DNA of 64,000 nucleotides from Pseudomonadota bacterium (GTDB lineage Bacteria; Pseudomonadota; Gammaproteobacteria; Comchoanobacterales; Comchoanobacteraceae): NCBI GenBank assembly GCA_036340215.1, contig JAYYZF010000006.1, positions 6,228 to 70,227 of the forward strand, read 5' to 3'. Shown piece by piece: positions 54,150 to 64,000 of this stretch (position 1 is its first letter; each line of letters starts with the position of its first letter). The notes under the pieces were generated by a model. It saw only the letters and a program-made list of their open reading frames with translations, ran no database searches and was not told where the DNA came from. The position numbers and the translations under genes were made by a program.

Positions 54150-55091
54150 CTATACTTTGAGGTATACTCTTGAAATATTATGAGTTGGCTCCTTAGAGAG
54201 TATAATATCAGCTCTAGATCTACTTGGTAAAATATTTTCTTTTAGGTTTAGCAAGTTGATTCTTTTCCATATGTCTCTGCCATATGCTTTTGCGGCCATC
54301 TCATCTAAACCTCTCAAAGAATACATATATGCACTTGGATCGTTTTTTGCTTGCTGCTGATATGAAAAAAATCTATCTAGATACCAATTTTCAATGACAT
54401 CATGCTCTGCATCAAGATAAATACCAAAATCAATGAAGTCAGCAACACAATATTTTAGTGAAGATTTACTATCCTTGATCCTCGGCAATTGTAGCACATT
54501 TAGCCCCTCTAAAATGATAATTTCTGGTGCGTTAATAGTCATATACTTGTTGGGTATAATATCGTAACAATGGTGACTGTAAGCAGGAAATTTCAAATTT
54601 GATTTACCTTGCCGAGCATCTTGGAGGAAATTCAAAAGCTTATTAATATCATAACTTTCAGGAAAACCTTTTCTGTTGAGAATATTTTTCTCTTCCAGAA
54701 CAGCATTTTCATACAAAAAGCCATCTGTAGCTACTAAGGCCACATCATAATAACAAGTATCTAAAGTTTCTAGTAAATATTTTAGGATACGTGCAGTAGT
54801 ACTTTTGCCAACCGCAACAGAACCAGCAACACCAATAATAAAAGGTCTGTTAAATTCTGGTAAGTTTAGGTATGAACTTATATCTCTCTCAAGCAACTTT
54901 TTGTGCTTAATGTAGTTTTGCAAAAAATTAGTTAGGGGGATGTAAATTTCCCTTATCTCAGATAAAGATATAGGCTCGTTAAAGCCAAATAAGCTTCTAA
55001 TATTTTTATCTAAATTGCCCTGATTAGCTTGACTTGAGAATTTTTGCCAGTCGGAGCGCAATACTGAACGATAATTTGACGAATTGAACAT
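54150..55091 (-). CDS. coaA: type I pantothenate kinase
   Basis: P-loop GVAGSVAVGKSTTARIL and IIILEGLNVLQ. 313 aa. Confidence 0.92.
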   Translation of the reverse strand: MFNSSNYRSVLRSDWQKFSSQANQGNLDKNIRSLFGFNEPISLSEIREIYIPLTNFLQNYIKHKKLLERDISSYLNLPEFNRPFIIGVAGSVAVGKSTTARILKYLLETLDTCYYDVALVATDGFLYENAVLEEKNILNRKGFPESYDINKLLNFLQDARQGKSNLKFPAYSHHCYDIIPNKYMTINAPEIIILEGLNVLQLPRIKDSKSSLKYCVADFIDFGIYLDAEHDVIENWYLDRFFSYQQQAKNDPSAYMYSLRGLDEMAAKAYGRDIWKRINLLNLKENILPSRSRADIILSKEPTHNISRVYLKV

Positions 55092-55266
55092 GGTCTGATA
55101 ACAATTTTATTAAATCTAAAAAAAGCAAATATACTTTGTTTTAACATGCAATAATTACTATTAATAGTTCATAATAAGCTTAAAATAAAAATTATACTAT
55201 AATTTTTTCCAGAATTTAGGTAATATTGTGTGGTCAAATTAGTAATTTTATACCATCGTAATATCA

Positions 55267-56961
55267 ATGGACAACATCAGAAGATATACAAAAGTTATTG
55301 CTCTTGTCATATTATGCTCGCTTGCAATTGCGATGCCAAATATAAACTTCTCTGTTTCCGGAATATCAGGAAACGTAGCAAAGAATGTCTTAAATACTCT
55401 CAAATTGTTCTCAGAAAATATTGATACCAATATTTCGGAGAATGAATTAAGGTCAAAAGAGCTTAGAATGGAGGAAGAGGTAAAAAAAGCAATGCAACCA
55501 TTCGGCTATTTCAACCCAATACTTAAATCTAATATCTACAAAAAAGATAACGTTTGGTATATCGCATACAATATTAAACCAGGGTATAGACTTAGGTTTA
55601 ATAAAGTAAAGCTATCACCTACTGTAAAAAAACTAACAGACAAAAAGCATACATTGGTAGAAGGAGAATATTTTTCTATTATAAAGTATATTGATTTCAA
55701 AAAATATTTAGTAATGCTCGCACAAAACCAAGGCTATGCTAATGCTAATACTGATATGAGCAAGATAGATATTGATATTGAAAAAAAATATGTAGCTGTT
55801 TCAATTGAATTAAACTTAGGACCTCGTTATCACATCGGCAACATTAACTATAATAGCGAAAAAATATCTGCAGAACTACTTAATAAGTTTGCCCCATTCA
55901 AAAAAGGAGATACATACACTCTCTCTAAAATTGCAGCATTCAAGAAAAATTTAGAAAAAAGCCATCTTTTACAAAAAATTGAAATAATACCTAAGTTTCC
56001 AGCAAAAAACTCGAACAGGAATAACATTGATTTAGAGGTTAAATTGACATTAAAGCCTAATAATCAATATCAGGTAGGATTTGGATACGACACAAACGAA
56101 CTCTGGCAAACTAATTTCAATGTAACGCGAAATTACCTCACAAAGAATGCTAATAAAAGTAAATCTTCAATCAAAATTGCGACAAATGAAGTTGAGGCTG
56201 GTTTCGAGTACATAATGCCTGGTTCTGATCCAATCGTAGAAACTGATATTATTTCCTCTTATCTAAACACAAAGTCATATCAAGGTATTGGTGATAGCAA
56301 ATATATAACGAGCTCATATATTAAAAAATATAACTACATAAACTCATCACATGCAGAAAGTATTAATATTCATCACGAGAAGTCATATCCAGACAATGAA
56401 CCTATCTATACGTCAACGTTATTATACCCAAAATTTGAAGCAACAAGATCTTTTATTCTGAATAAGAAAACAAAATCTAAACTCTCAGGTTATGTTCTTG
56501 GCGCAATAAAAGATGTAGGATCAACTGATAATATTCTAAAAGGAGTGTTAAATCTCAATACTTCTGTTAAGTTGCCAGATAACTTTAGCTTTGTAAACAA
56601 AATTCAACTGGGAGCAATATACAGTAATAACTTTACTGACATTCCTCTTTCTTTCAAATTTACTGCTGGTGGCGCAAATAGCTTGCGAGGCTATTCGTAT
56701 AATTACTTTGGTCCAGGAAAATTTCTAAAAGTAACGAATAATGAGGTCTCATACCGAATATATGAAAATTTATCTGTTTCTTTCTTCGTTGATATTGGAA
56801 ATGTAAGTGACAACTTCGATGACAGCAAATATTATGTTGGGATTGGTCCGGCAATTAGCTGGCATAGCCAATTAGGTGCAGTAAGTCTAAATCTGGGGTA
56901 TGCTATTAGTCTGGATGATAAGCCATGGCAATTACAAATGAGTTTTAGTCCAGCAATATAA
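55267..56961 (+). CDS. tamA: Omp85-family outer membrane protein, TamA-like
   Basis: 564 aa with a signal peptide, POTRA-like repeats, and a C-terminal beta-barrel with alternating aromatic pattern. Followed by tamB. Confidence 0.8.
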   Translation: MDNIRRYTKVIALVILCSLAIAMPNINFSVSGISGNVAKNVLNTLKLFSENIDTNISENELRSKELRMEEEVKKAMQPFGYFNPILKSNIYKKDNVWYIAYNIKPGYRLRFNKVKLSPTVKKLTDKKHTLVEGEYFSIIKYIDFKKYLVMLAQNQGYANANTDMSKIDIDIEKKYVAVSIELNLGPRYHIGNINYNSEKISAELLNKFAPFKKGDTYTLSKIAAFKKNLEKSHLLQKIEIIPKFPAKNSNRNNIDLEVKLTLKPNNQYQVGFGYDTNELWQTNFNVTRNYLTKNANKSKSSIKIATNEVEAGFEYIMPGSDPIVETDIISSYLNTKSYQGIGDSKYITSSYIKKYNYINSSHAESINIHHEKSYPDNEPIYTSTLLYPKFEATRSFILNKKTKSKLSGYVLGAIKDVGSTDNILKGVLNLNTSVKLPDNFSFVNKIQLGAIYSNNFTDIPLSFKFTAGGANSLRGYSYNYFGPGKFLKVTNNEVSYRIYENLSVSFFVDIGNVSDNFDDSKYYVGIGPAISWHSQLGAVSLNLGYAISLDDKPWQLQMSFSPAI

Positions 56962-56992
56962 TTTGCATTAATATGGTTAAGAAAGGGTTCTT

Positions 56993-59719
56993 ATGAAAAA
57001 ACAAAGTAAAATAATTGTAATCTTAGTTCTAGTATTGAGCTTAATCATAAGCTCTTTTGTATATTTTCTCTTTTACACAAATAGTGGCCTGAAGCTACTA
57101 ACAGATTACGTAAATAGTAATTACAAAAACTTTTACTATCTGGAATCTGCGCATGGTAACCTAGCGGGTGAATTTGGTTTTGATAAGATAATAATTAAGA
57201 AAAATAAATCTCAAGTTATCCTTAAAAATAGTGTCAGTAAAATAAATTTAATTAAATTACTCCAGCAAAGTATCAATGTATATGATATCAAAGTGAGAGA
57301 AGTTGATTTTGCTATAGATAAGATAATAACACTGCCGATAAAGAAATTAACTGGGGAAGTAGAATTTTCCAGGAGTAATCTTGAGGTGAACTTAGCTTAT
57401 ACAATAACTCTTCCTGAAGATTCAATTAATGGAAAATTGAATATAAAAGGTAAACCAGAAAAATACAATGTTACAAATTTATTTGATTCAGGAAACTATG
57501 AACTAAAGTTAGAAGGAACTGGTAATGAACATAGTATCAACATTGTTACTCCCAAGAGTGAGCAACCATCATTACTACTAACTATTGATTGGCTACAAAA
57601 AGTAAATTGGAATTTAAGCCTAAAAGGTAATTTGAACTCTGACCTAGATGCGAATGTAGATTTAACTTCTCACAATTATGATGATGATATAACCATAGAA
57701 ATGAATAAACTAAATATAAAAATCCATGATAAAAATATGTCACTGAAAGGAAAGGCTAAGATAAAACCAGATTCTGTAGTAGGAGACATTTTTCTAAAAT
57801 ATGGTGGTAGTTCTGCAACTGCTACCCTAGAGCTAACTGATAAAGTTTTGTTAAAAGGGAGCATTAACATACCAGAACTTAATGATATCAATCCGGAATT
57901 GAGTGGAAGTCTGAAAAAAAGCTTTGTGGTTCGGGGGGATCTAGACAAACCTGAAGTTGACTTAAGTTATGATATTAAGGACCTCACCTATCCAGGACTA
58001 AAAGTAGAAGAACTACACGGCAAGCTGAACATTGACAAAGAGATGATTTTTAAATCTAACATCAATATCATCAATCTAGTTACGAACTACTTTTACTTCG
58101 ACGTAATAAACGCCTCTGCATCTGGGAATATTGAACAACATAACATAAAAACTCATTTGAAAAATGATTTAACTGAGGTGGACATTGATATTAGCGGAAG
58201 CTATATCAATAATAGTTACATGGCTACTATAAATAAACTTAAATATAGCTTTGATAACAATATAACAACTATAACAAACCCCATAACAATGTACATTAGG
58301 AACAATAAGATACAAGTCTATGATGTCTGTCTCTCACAAGATAATAAAAAGATGTGCTTTAATTTTTTCTATAATTTTACCAATGATGAGTGGGATATGG
58401 ATATAACAACAAATGAGTTTGATTTATCTCAGCTTGGCAATTTAAAAATTCATGATTTAGCAACTTTAAAAAAAGGCATTATTAGTGGCAACCTAAAAAT
58501 ATCTGGTAAAGGATCCACTTCAAGTAAAAAAAAAGGGAAATTTCAGCTAAAAAATATTATACTACACAGCTCAAAGCTCAACGTTGATCAGAAATTTAAT
58601 CTTGCCTCAGTAGATATTGAAAATGATAAAATAAATTTTCACATTGAAAATGATGATAAAAAAAGTAAAGTAAACATTGTAGGACAAGCGCAACAAGACA
58701 AAATAACCCTAAAATTTAGCTCTAAAAATACAGAATTATTAAAAATTAAGGAAATGGATGCAACAGTTGATGCTGAATTAAATATAAGTTTAGTTGGCAG
58801 TGTTGTTAAGGTTATAGGAGATATAAGTATAGTAAACGGGAATATAAAGTCTAACATAATCCCAGATATTGTAACCCTAACAAAAGACGTTAATCTAATA
58901 AACGGCACAAAAGTATCTAACGCAATTACAATTCATCCAGAATCACAAGTGAAGTTAACTATTGATAAAACTGATTACATAGATCTTATGAATACAGAAG
59001 GCCTTTTATCTGGACAAATTCTATTACCCCCCGAAAATGACGAAATAAAAGCAACTGGTAACTTGAATATAGAAAATGGTAAGTACAAGTCATTTGGTAA
59101 AAATCTACTAATAAAAAAAGGGTTACTCACGTATAAGAATAACGATATTTATGATCCTGAACTCGATATTATTGCTGTGAGAAAACTTACTGAGGCTGAG
59201 GAAAATAAAGGTGTAAAAAAGGTTGAAGTTGGTATTAAAATCACAGGAAAAGCAGATATGGCAAATGTGAAGTTGTTTGATTCATCAAATGAGTATTCTG
59301 ATAGCGAGATTATCTCACTATTGCTTGTGGGTAATACCAGCTTGGCTAATGAAAGTGGTTATGGCAATAAGGATGCGGGAGATTCTATAAAATTTGGCAG
59401 TGGTATTCTTGCAGCAAGTAATGTGCTAGATTCAGTAAGTAAAGCCATGAATCTAGATAGTATATCCCTAATGAATGATACTTCTGATATAACATCAGCA
59501 AGTACTAGCGACCTTACATCAACTGTAAAAAATAATTTAAAGGTAGGCATAACGAAAAAGATTGATGATAAAGTTTTACTAAGCCTAATTCATGGGGTCT
59601 ATACTAACGACTTTACCATTAGTTTGGAGTACGAATTACGCAAAGGGCTAATGTTAAAACTTTACACTAATGAACTAAGTGATGGCATGAATATTATATA
59701 TAAATTTAACACTGATTAA
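56993..59719 (+). CDS. tamB: translocation and assembly module protein TamB-like (DUF490 C-terminus)
   Basis: 908 aa with an N-terminal TM anchor. It is an Asn/Lys/Ile-rich beta-rich protein. The C-terminal motif GKYKSFGKNLLIKKGLLTYKNNDIYDPELDIIAVRK is typical of TamB. Shorter than E. coli TamB. Confidence 0.75.
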   Translation: MKKQSKIIVILVLVLSLIISSFVYFLFYTNSGLKLLTDYVNSNYKNFYYLESAHGNLAGEFGFDKIIIKKNKSQVILKNSVSKINLIKLLQQSINVYDIKVREVDFAIDKIITLPIKKLTGEVEFSRSNLEVNLAYTITLPEDSINGKLNIKGKPEKYNVTNLFDSGNYELKLEGTGNEHSINIVTPKSEQPSLLLTIDWLQKVNWNLSLKGNLNSDLDANVDLTSHNYDDDITIEMNKLNIKIHDKNMSLKGKAKIKPDSVVGDIFLKYGGSSATATLELTDKVLLKGSINIPELNDINPELSGSLKKSFVVRGDLDKPEVDLSYDIKDLTYPGLKVEELHGKLNIDKEMIFKSNINIINLVTNYFYFDVINASASGNIEQHNIKTHLKNDLTEVDIDISGSYINNSYMATINKLKYSFDNNITTITNPITMYIRNNKIQVYDVCLSQDNKKMCFNFFYNFTNDEWDMDITTNEFDLSQLGNLKIHDLATLKKGIISGNLKISGKGSTSSKKKGKFQLKNIILHSSKLNVDQKFNLASVDIENDKINFHIENDDKKSKVNIVGQAQQDKITLKFSSKNTELLKIKEMDATVDAELNISLVGSVVKVIGDISIVNGNIKSNIIPDIVTLTKDVNLINGTKVSNAITIHPESQVKLTIDKTDYIDLMNTEGLLSGQILLPPENDEIKATGNLNIENGKYKSFGKNLLIKKGLLTYKNNDIYDPELDIIAVRKLTEAEENKGVKKVEVGIKITGKADMANVKLFDSSNEYSDSEIISLLLVGNTSLANESGYGNKDAGDSIKFGSGILAASNVLDSVSKAMNLDSISLMNDTSDITSASTSDLTSTVKNNLKVGITKKIDDKVLLSLIHGVYTNDFTISLEYELRKGLMLKLYTNELSDGMNIIYKFNTD

Positions 59720-62700
59720 AGAGATTTAAAGTTTGGATCTTTACGGTATTCAGTCATAATACTAGACACAACAGTATCTAAGACACTTTCTTTCTCATCA
59801 TTAGTGATAATTCCTGAATCAGCCTCGGCCATTTCTCTTACTTTACTTTCAATATATTTAGTACATGAACCATTTGGGAAGATATTAGCAAGCACTCTTC
59901 TTGCTTCTGCAGGGCCAAGCTCAATATATAGTTTATTTCTTACAAAAGCATCCTCTGCAGTTGTACTAAATGCCCAAAGTTCTATAGGGCCTAAGGTTAG
60001 AGTAAGAAGCTGAATATTTATACCATCTTTAGTAGCAAATTGAGCTAAGAAAGTAGAACCTCCTGCACGAGGACCATGAACTGAGGTTTTTAGTGCTGTA
60101 CGAGCTGTCTGTGATAATCCAAAAACTTTTACTGTTTTATTAATAGCTTGCTCAGGACCGGCATCCATAATAAATATAGATGTACCAAATTCTACCATTA
60201 CCTCATCAAAATCATCAAGTGACTGAGAAATTAATGCTATTTGCACATTCCACTTCCTACCCTCACGCATATCTTGCACAACCTGATCACGCACAGACTG
60301 CACTTTTGAGGTCCTATGGAACTCATCAAGGACTAATCTCTTTGAATCTTCCCTAATTTCTTGTATTCTTTTTTCGTGAAAATCCCGATAGATATCAGAA
60401 ATACCTGACAATGAATCTAGGGTTAAATAGAAGTCTTTTGCTAATATGTAACGTGCTAACATGTACATAACAGCGGTCTGTCTATCAGCAGCATTACCAC
60501 CACTCTTCGCCACCTCATCAAGATCCATTGAAACAACCCTAGCATCACCTAAATCAAATTTGGTAACTCTGGATAAAATTGGGTATTCACGTACAGCACT
60601 TGAGATCATCCTTGCAAATGCGTTTATTAGTAACTCTCCAGTTTTTGTTGAAACATTACCATACAAGTCTTCAACAGCTGGTAAACGACAAATTGAGGTT
60701 AAATCACTTATAAGCGGCATAGCATTTCGCTGAGCAAGAGTAGCTTCATGACTAAATCCTGCACTAAATAGAGCATCTGTGACTTCCCACCAAGTAGTAT
60801 GGCTATCAATAACAAAACCTATATCTTGTAAAATAGCATCTATAATATCTTCAACACCCTGAGCATAGCTGTTTGGATTACCATCTTCTGAACATTGCTT
60901 ATAGGCCTCGTCTACAAGCATACCTGACATATCTATAATACCATCATAGGGCACATCTGAACCCACTGGTGTAGCTAACAATGAAATGAAGTTTATCAGA
61001 AATGTTCTTTCTTGGGGAGCAGGATATCTCGATCCCAACTGGGTATCAAAAGGATTAATTGAGTAATCTTTTGTCATACGTAAACGATGATAAGCAACTT
61101 GGTGCTTTTTATCATCAGGTAATGCCTCTTTCAACAATGAGATTAAACCGCTACTAGAAGGTCCAATATCAATAACAGAAATTCTTGGTAACCTAGATAT
61201 ACCAGGAGCCATACATAATGCTAGATTCATCGCATTTGATAAAACAGACTTACCAGAACCTGGCCTCGCATACATTAAATCAATCCATGTGGTTTGTCTC
61301 GGTGAACCAGGTTGATATGGCCAAGGTTTTCCGTCAGGTGATCGCAGGAGTAAAGCACCATTCTTCCATGGAGAAGCTGGGCGATAAAAAGGCATCATAT
61401 ATAATACATCGGAAAGAGATGCCACAGAATTGGTAGCTACACTATTAGCGCTAAAAGCAAGAAGACTAGAAGCGTACCCTTCAAAAGCGTCACCACATAT
61501 CTCAGAAACGTCACATGAGCCCCAACCTTGAATAGCCCTTGCTAATTGTGAGGATCTATTACGTAATAACTTGATATTTCCTTCAGGTGCCCAAGTACAA
61601 GCAGCTACTCTTAGTCTTACTACTGAGTCATCTGTATTTACATTGATATAGTCAAGTAAAGCAACTGCGTCATTAATCAGCCTATTATCTGAAGATGAGA
61701 AAGAAAGTAGTGACGAAAAAGCCCTCTTCAATTGGAGTGCCCTCATCCCACCGCCGTCCATGAGAAATGATATACGCCATGGAACTCCGGTTGGCAGTGC
61801 CCTATTGAACAATGTCATAAACGACTGTATCTCTTTAGGAAAAAGATCTATAAAAACTGAAGAGTAAAGTGTGCCGCCAACTTTAACAGTTTGTAAGTCA
61901 ATATTTAAAGCATCACGTGGTATTATTTGGTGAGTTAATGATGGCCATAATAATTCAGAAATATCACCATCAAAAGTTTTAGATACCTTAGGATTAAATT
62001 TGTCACCTGGCAGACTTGGTGACCAATTTCTATCAGTGAAATCTGGATCTAAAATTCTTCGAATAGCAGTAACTGCATCATGTGAACTTAAACAGTCTAG
62101 AACCAAGCCTAGGGATTCCATACTACTACAAAATGACTTAACTAAGGAGTCATGGGCATTTCTTAAATCAGGAATTGCAGCAATCACATTTTGGCAAGTC
62201 TTCACGTTATAGCCCTTCTCAGCAATCTTTTCGCCTTTCTCCTTTAAAGCTCGCTTGGACTGATCACCAGTAAGTAATGTAATCTTACTCCAAAGAACTA
62301 CATAAACTTCCTCAAAACCACAATAATTTGTGATGTGAGTTAATCTTTCTTGGAGCAAATCGTCTAGATTTAATCCCAAATCCTTTAGTGTATCTACTGT
62401 AGGGGCATAGTTATCTTCGATAACCTCTTTTACTTTCTCACGGGAGTACCCAAAATATACTTGTATGGAATGTCCCTGCTCAGCAAGAGAAGTTGATAAG
62501 TTCTGTAGTGCTCCGTCGTGGATTCTTTCATATTCTTCTTGACCAACTAAAGCTTTAACACCATCAATCTTTACTACTGATAGTAAAGATCCATCAGTTG
62601 CAACAAGAGTATTTTTACTATCTGCTGTATGTATGTCACAATATGATTCAACAGTTTGTTTTAACCCTGAGCTCAAAGCTGCTAAGAGAGTATCTAAGAT

Positions 62701-62730
62701 CTCTGATATATTGTCGACTATTGCACCCAT
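59716..62730 (-). CDS. icmB: Dot/Icm type IVB secretion ATPase IcmB/DotO
   Basis: 1004 aa with Walker A RPGSGKSV. The N-terminus LLAALSSGLKQTVESYCDIHTADS and the overall length match IcmB as I recall it. Located downstream of icmJ. Confidence 0.85.
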   Translation of the reverse strand: MGAIVDNISEILDTLLAALSSGLKQTVESYCDIHTADSKNTLVATDGSLLSVVKIDGVKALVGQEEYERIHDGALQNLSTSLAEQGHSIQVYFGYSREKVKEVIEDNYAPTVDTLKDLGLNLDDLLQERLTHITNYCGFEEVYVVLWSKITLLTGDQSKRALKEKGEKIAEKGYNVKTCQNVIAAIPDLRNAHDSLVKSFCSSMESLGLVLDCLSSHDAVTAIRRILDPDFTDRNWSPSLPGDKFNPKVSKTFDGDISELLWPSLTHQIIPRDALNIDLQTVKVGGTLYSSVFIDLFPKEIQSFMTLFNRALPTGVPWRISFLMDGGGMRALQLKRAFSSLLSFSSSDNRLINDAVALLDYINVNTDDSVVRLRVAACTWAPEGNIKLLRNRSSQLARAIQGWGSCDVSEICGDAFEGYASSLLAFSANSVATNSVASLSDVLYMMPFYRPASPWKNGALLLRSPDGKPWPYQPGSPRQTTWIDLMYARPGSGKSVLSNAMNLALCMAPGISRLPRISVIDIGPSSSGLISLLKEALPDDKKHQVAYHRLRMTKDYSINPFDTQLGSRYPAPQERTFLINFISLLATPVGSDVPYDGIIDMSGMLVDEAYKQCSEDGNPNSYAQGVEDIIDAILQDIGFVIDSHTTWWEVTDALFSAGFSHEATLAQRNAMPLISDLTSICRLPAVEDLYGNVSTKTGELLINAFARMISSAVREYPILSRVTKFDLGDARVVSMDLDEVAKSGGNAADRQTAVMYMLARYILAKDFYLTLDSLSGISDIYRDFHEKRIQEIREDSKRLVLDEFHRTSKVQSVRDQVVQDMREGRKWNVQIALISQSLDDFDEVMVEFGTSIFIMDAGPEQAINKTVKVFGLSQTARTALKTSVHGPRAGGSTFLAQFATKDGINIQLLTLTLGPIELWAFSTTAEDAFVRNKLYIELGPAEARRVLANIFPNGSCTKYIESKVREMAEADSGIITNDEKESVLDTVVSSIMTEYRKDPNFKSL

Positions 62731-62760
62731 ATCTCTATATCCCTATACGTTAAAATAAAA

Positions 62761-63381
62761 TCAACTCATACTACCTAATGCAGTTTGTGACCATGTCTCA
62801 ACACATTTAGTAAATTTGTTAAGTAAAGGTAGTACTCTTACACCACTTAACAATCGTTTAGACACATTATCCTTATTTTCAAGAGGCGTATCTATAATCA
62901 TCTGTCCCATAAAAGATGGATTACTCATACCTGCACCATAAGTCTCTTCGACCACTTTTGACAGTAGCCTCAAATCGTTGTATGTTGCCTGCGCAACACT
63001 AGCATACTTTGTACCATTTAGAATTGCACAAAATAGAGCATGGCATAAGCCGTTAAGATCCTCTTGTGATATCTCAGGTAAATAAATGAGAACAGCACCA
63101 GTATTAGCGACTTTTCCAATCATTTCGAGGAAAAAGCACTGCGCACACAATGGGCAAGCTAGTACCATATTTGTAACTTTATTATTTTTGTAATTGCCAT
63201 CTAAATTGATGACTTCCATATAAGATTTATCCTTAAACCCACAAAACTGACAAGTATCATTGCACTCGTAGGCTACAGTCTTCTTGTATGAAGCGAAACG
63301 CTCATCAGCATTACGTTTAGCGTAGTACGCCCAGGCTCCGGGGTTGAGCTTAACTGATATAGATCTTAAATACTTACTCAA
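62761..63381 (-). CDS. icmJ: Dot/Icm component IcmJ/DotN (zinc-binding)
   Basis: 206 aa with a TTG start and AGGA upstream. CQFCGF...NLDGNYKNN...ACPLCAQCFF...LIYLPE...LCHALFCAI matches Legionella IcmJ closely, from memory. Confidence 0.85.
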   Translation of the reverse strand: MSKYLRSISVKLNPGAWAYYAKRNADERFASYKKTVAYECNDTCQFCGFKDKSYMEVINLDGNYKNNKVTNMVLACPLCAQCFFLEMIGKVANTGAVLIYLPEISQEDLNGLCHALFCAILNGTKYASVAQATYNDLRLLSKVVEETYGAGMSNPSFMGQMIIDTPLENKDNVSKRLLSGVRVLPLLNKFTKCVETWSQTALGSMS

Positions 63382-63411
63382 CTTAAAATTCCTTGTAATG
63401 TTGACTGAATA

Positions 63412-63822
63412 TTAGCTGAACCTTGAACTAGAATAAGAGTAGGAAGCACCTGGCATCATGTAGGCTCCAGAGCCATCAAAACCACCTCCTCGGGCACTCT
63501 CATCATCACCAAACAAGGTCATACCAGCTGGTTTGTATATACCTGGTAAGAATATAAGTAAACAGGAAACACCAAGTAAAGCAAATGGAGTCCCAACAGG
63601 TATTTGAGTTGGATTATCTTTATGCTGTTTAAATTTAAATACAGCAGATATTCCAAATCCAATCCCTGAAACATAAGCAACTCCAATCATGAGCTTTCCC
63701 ATCTTAAGAAAGCTCGATGTGATTGAGTCAGCCATATCGCCCAGATCCATAGCCGCGAAGCACGGCACGAAAACTAGGGATAAAAGTAAAACTTTAATAG
63801 CATGTTTATTTAATATTCTCAC
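63412..63822 (-). CDS. icmD: Dot/Icm inner-membrane component IcmD/DotP
   Basis: The GTG at 63822 gives a signal-like N-terminus (RILNKHAIKVLLLSLVFVPCFAA). FKFKQHKDNPTQIPVGTPFALL is the IcmD/IcmC family core. The longer ATG ORF reaching 63924 overlaps icmC. Confidence 0.75.
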   Translation of the reverse strand: MRILNKHAIKVLLLSLVFVPCFAAMDLGDMADSITSSFLKMGKLMIGVAYVSGIGFGISAVFKFKQHKDNPTQIPVGTPFALLGVSCLLIFLPGIYKPAGMTLFGDDESARGGGFDGSGAYMMPGASYSYSSSRFS

Positions 63823-63841
63823 AAAGATTGGACCTACAATT

Positions 63842-64000
63842 TTATGTAATTGAACTAGCACCAGCACCTGTGAATCCACCACCAGTTTGACTACCACCGA
63901 AGACACTCTGTCCAGCTGGGGCATAAATTGAAGGTAAGAAGATCAGAACAACTGACACAGCTAATAAAGCGAAAGGTGTACCTATTGGAATTTGAGTTGG
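63842..64000 (-). CDS. icmC: Dot/Icm component IcmC/DotE, C-terminal 52 codons (gene runs off window)
   Basis: The minus-strand frame reads PTQIPIGTPFALLAVSVVLIFLPSIYAPAGQSVFGG...SSIT then TAA at 63842-63844. It is a paralog of the IcmD core, in the position expected from the Legionella icmC-icmD-icmJ-icmB order. Confidence 0.6.
   Translation of the reverse strand, partial: PTQIPIGTPFALLAVSVVLIFLPSIYAPAGQSVFGGSQTGGGFTGAGASSIT

Noticed and set aside
63823-63924. ATG-initiated 170-aa version of the icmD ORF
   Set aside because: The extra 34 codons overlap the 3' end of icmC in another frame and are not IcmD-like. The GTG at 63822 gives a normal signal-peptide N-terminus and the expected size of about 135 aa.

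Overview
The window is AT-rich (by eye, not computed) and gene-dense. It looks like a gammaproteobacterium of the Legionellales type, because a Dot/Icm type IVB secretion segment (icmC-icmD-icmJ-icmB) sits at the right edge. About 25 kb (1-25630) is one co-directional minus-strand housekeeping block: tRNA-Tyr/Gly/Thr/Trp, secE-nusG-rplKAJL-rpoBC, rpsL-rpsG-fusA-tuf, and the S10 and spc ribosomal operons up to the first codons of secY. The rest is mostly recognisable core genes: a PPTase, dnaQ, rnhA, a yafS-like gene, gloB, mltD, hpf, lptB, an S1/P1 nuclease, pmbA, lon, clpX, clpP, tig, lpxL, aroE, aroQ-accBC, pgpA-thiL-nusB-nrdR-glyA, coaA and tamAB, plus nine tRNAs in total. I saw no rRNA, CRISPR array, IS element or transposase. 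The main items to follow up: (1) Two AT-rich genes inserted between gloB and mltD encode paralogous membrane proteins with a CxxC[FY]E RING-like cysteine motif, and one starts with a eukaryotic N-myristoylation consensus. (2) A tandem pair of diverged polytopic membrane paralogs follows accC. (3) A 33-nt element (cTTAAg-N6-TTAAg-N10-TAnnnT, 24/33 identical) lies just upstream of one gene from each pair; its 11-bp TTAA phasing matches the PmrA box that controls Dot/Icm effector genes. (4) An in-frame TAA interrupts the essential rplE gene. (5) Genes are missing from conserved clusters: rib genes between nrdR and nusB, tuf between tRNA-Thr and tRNA-Trp, and rpoN between lptB and hpf. All calls come from reading the translations and the DNA by eye. 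Family assignments rely on remembered motifs and reference sequences, start codons are best guesses, and no database search was run.
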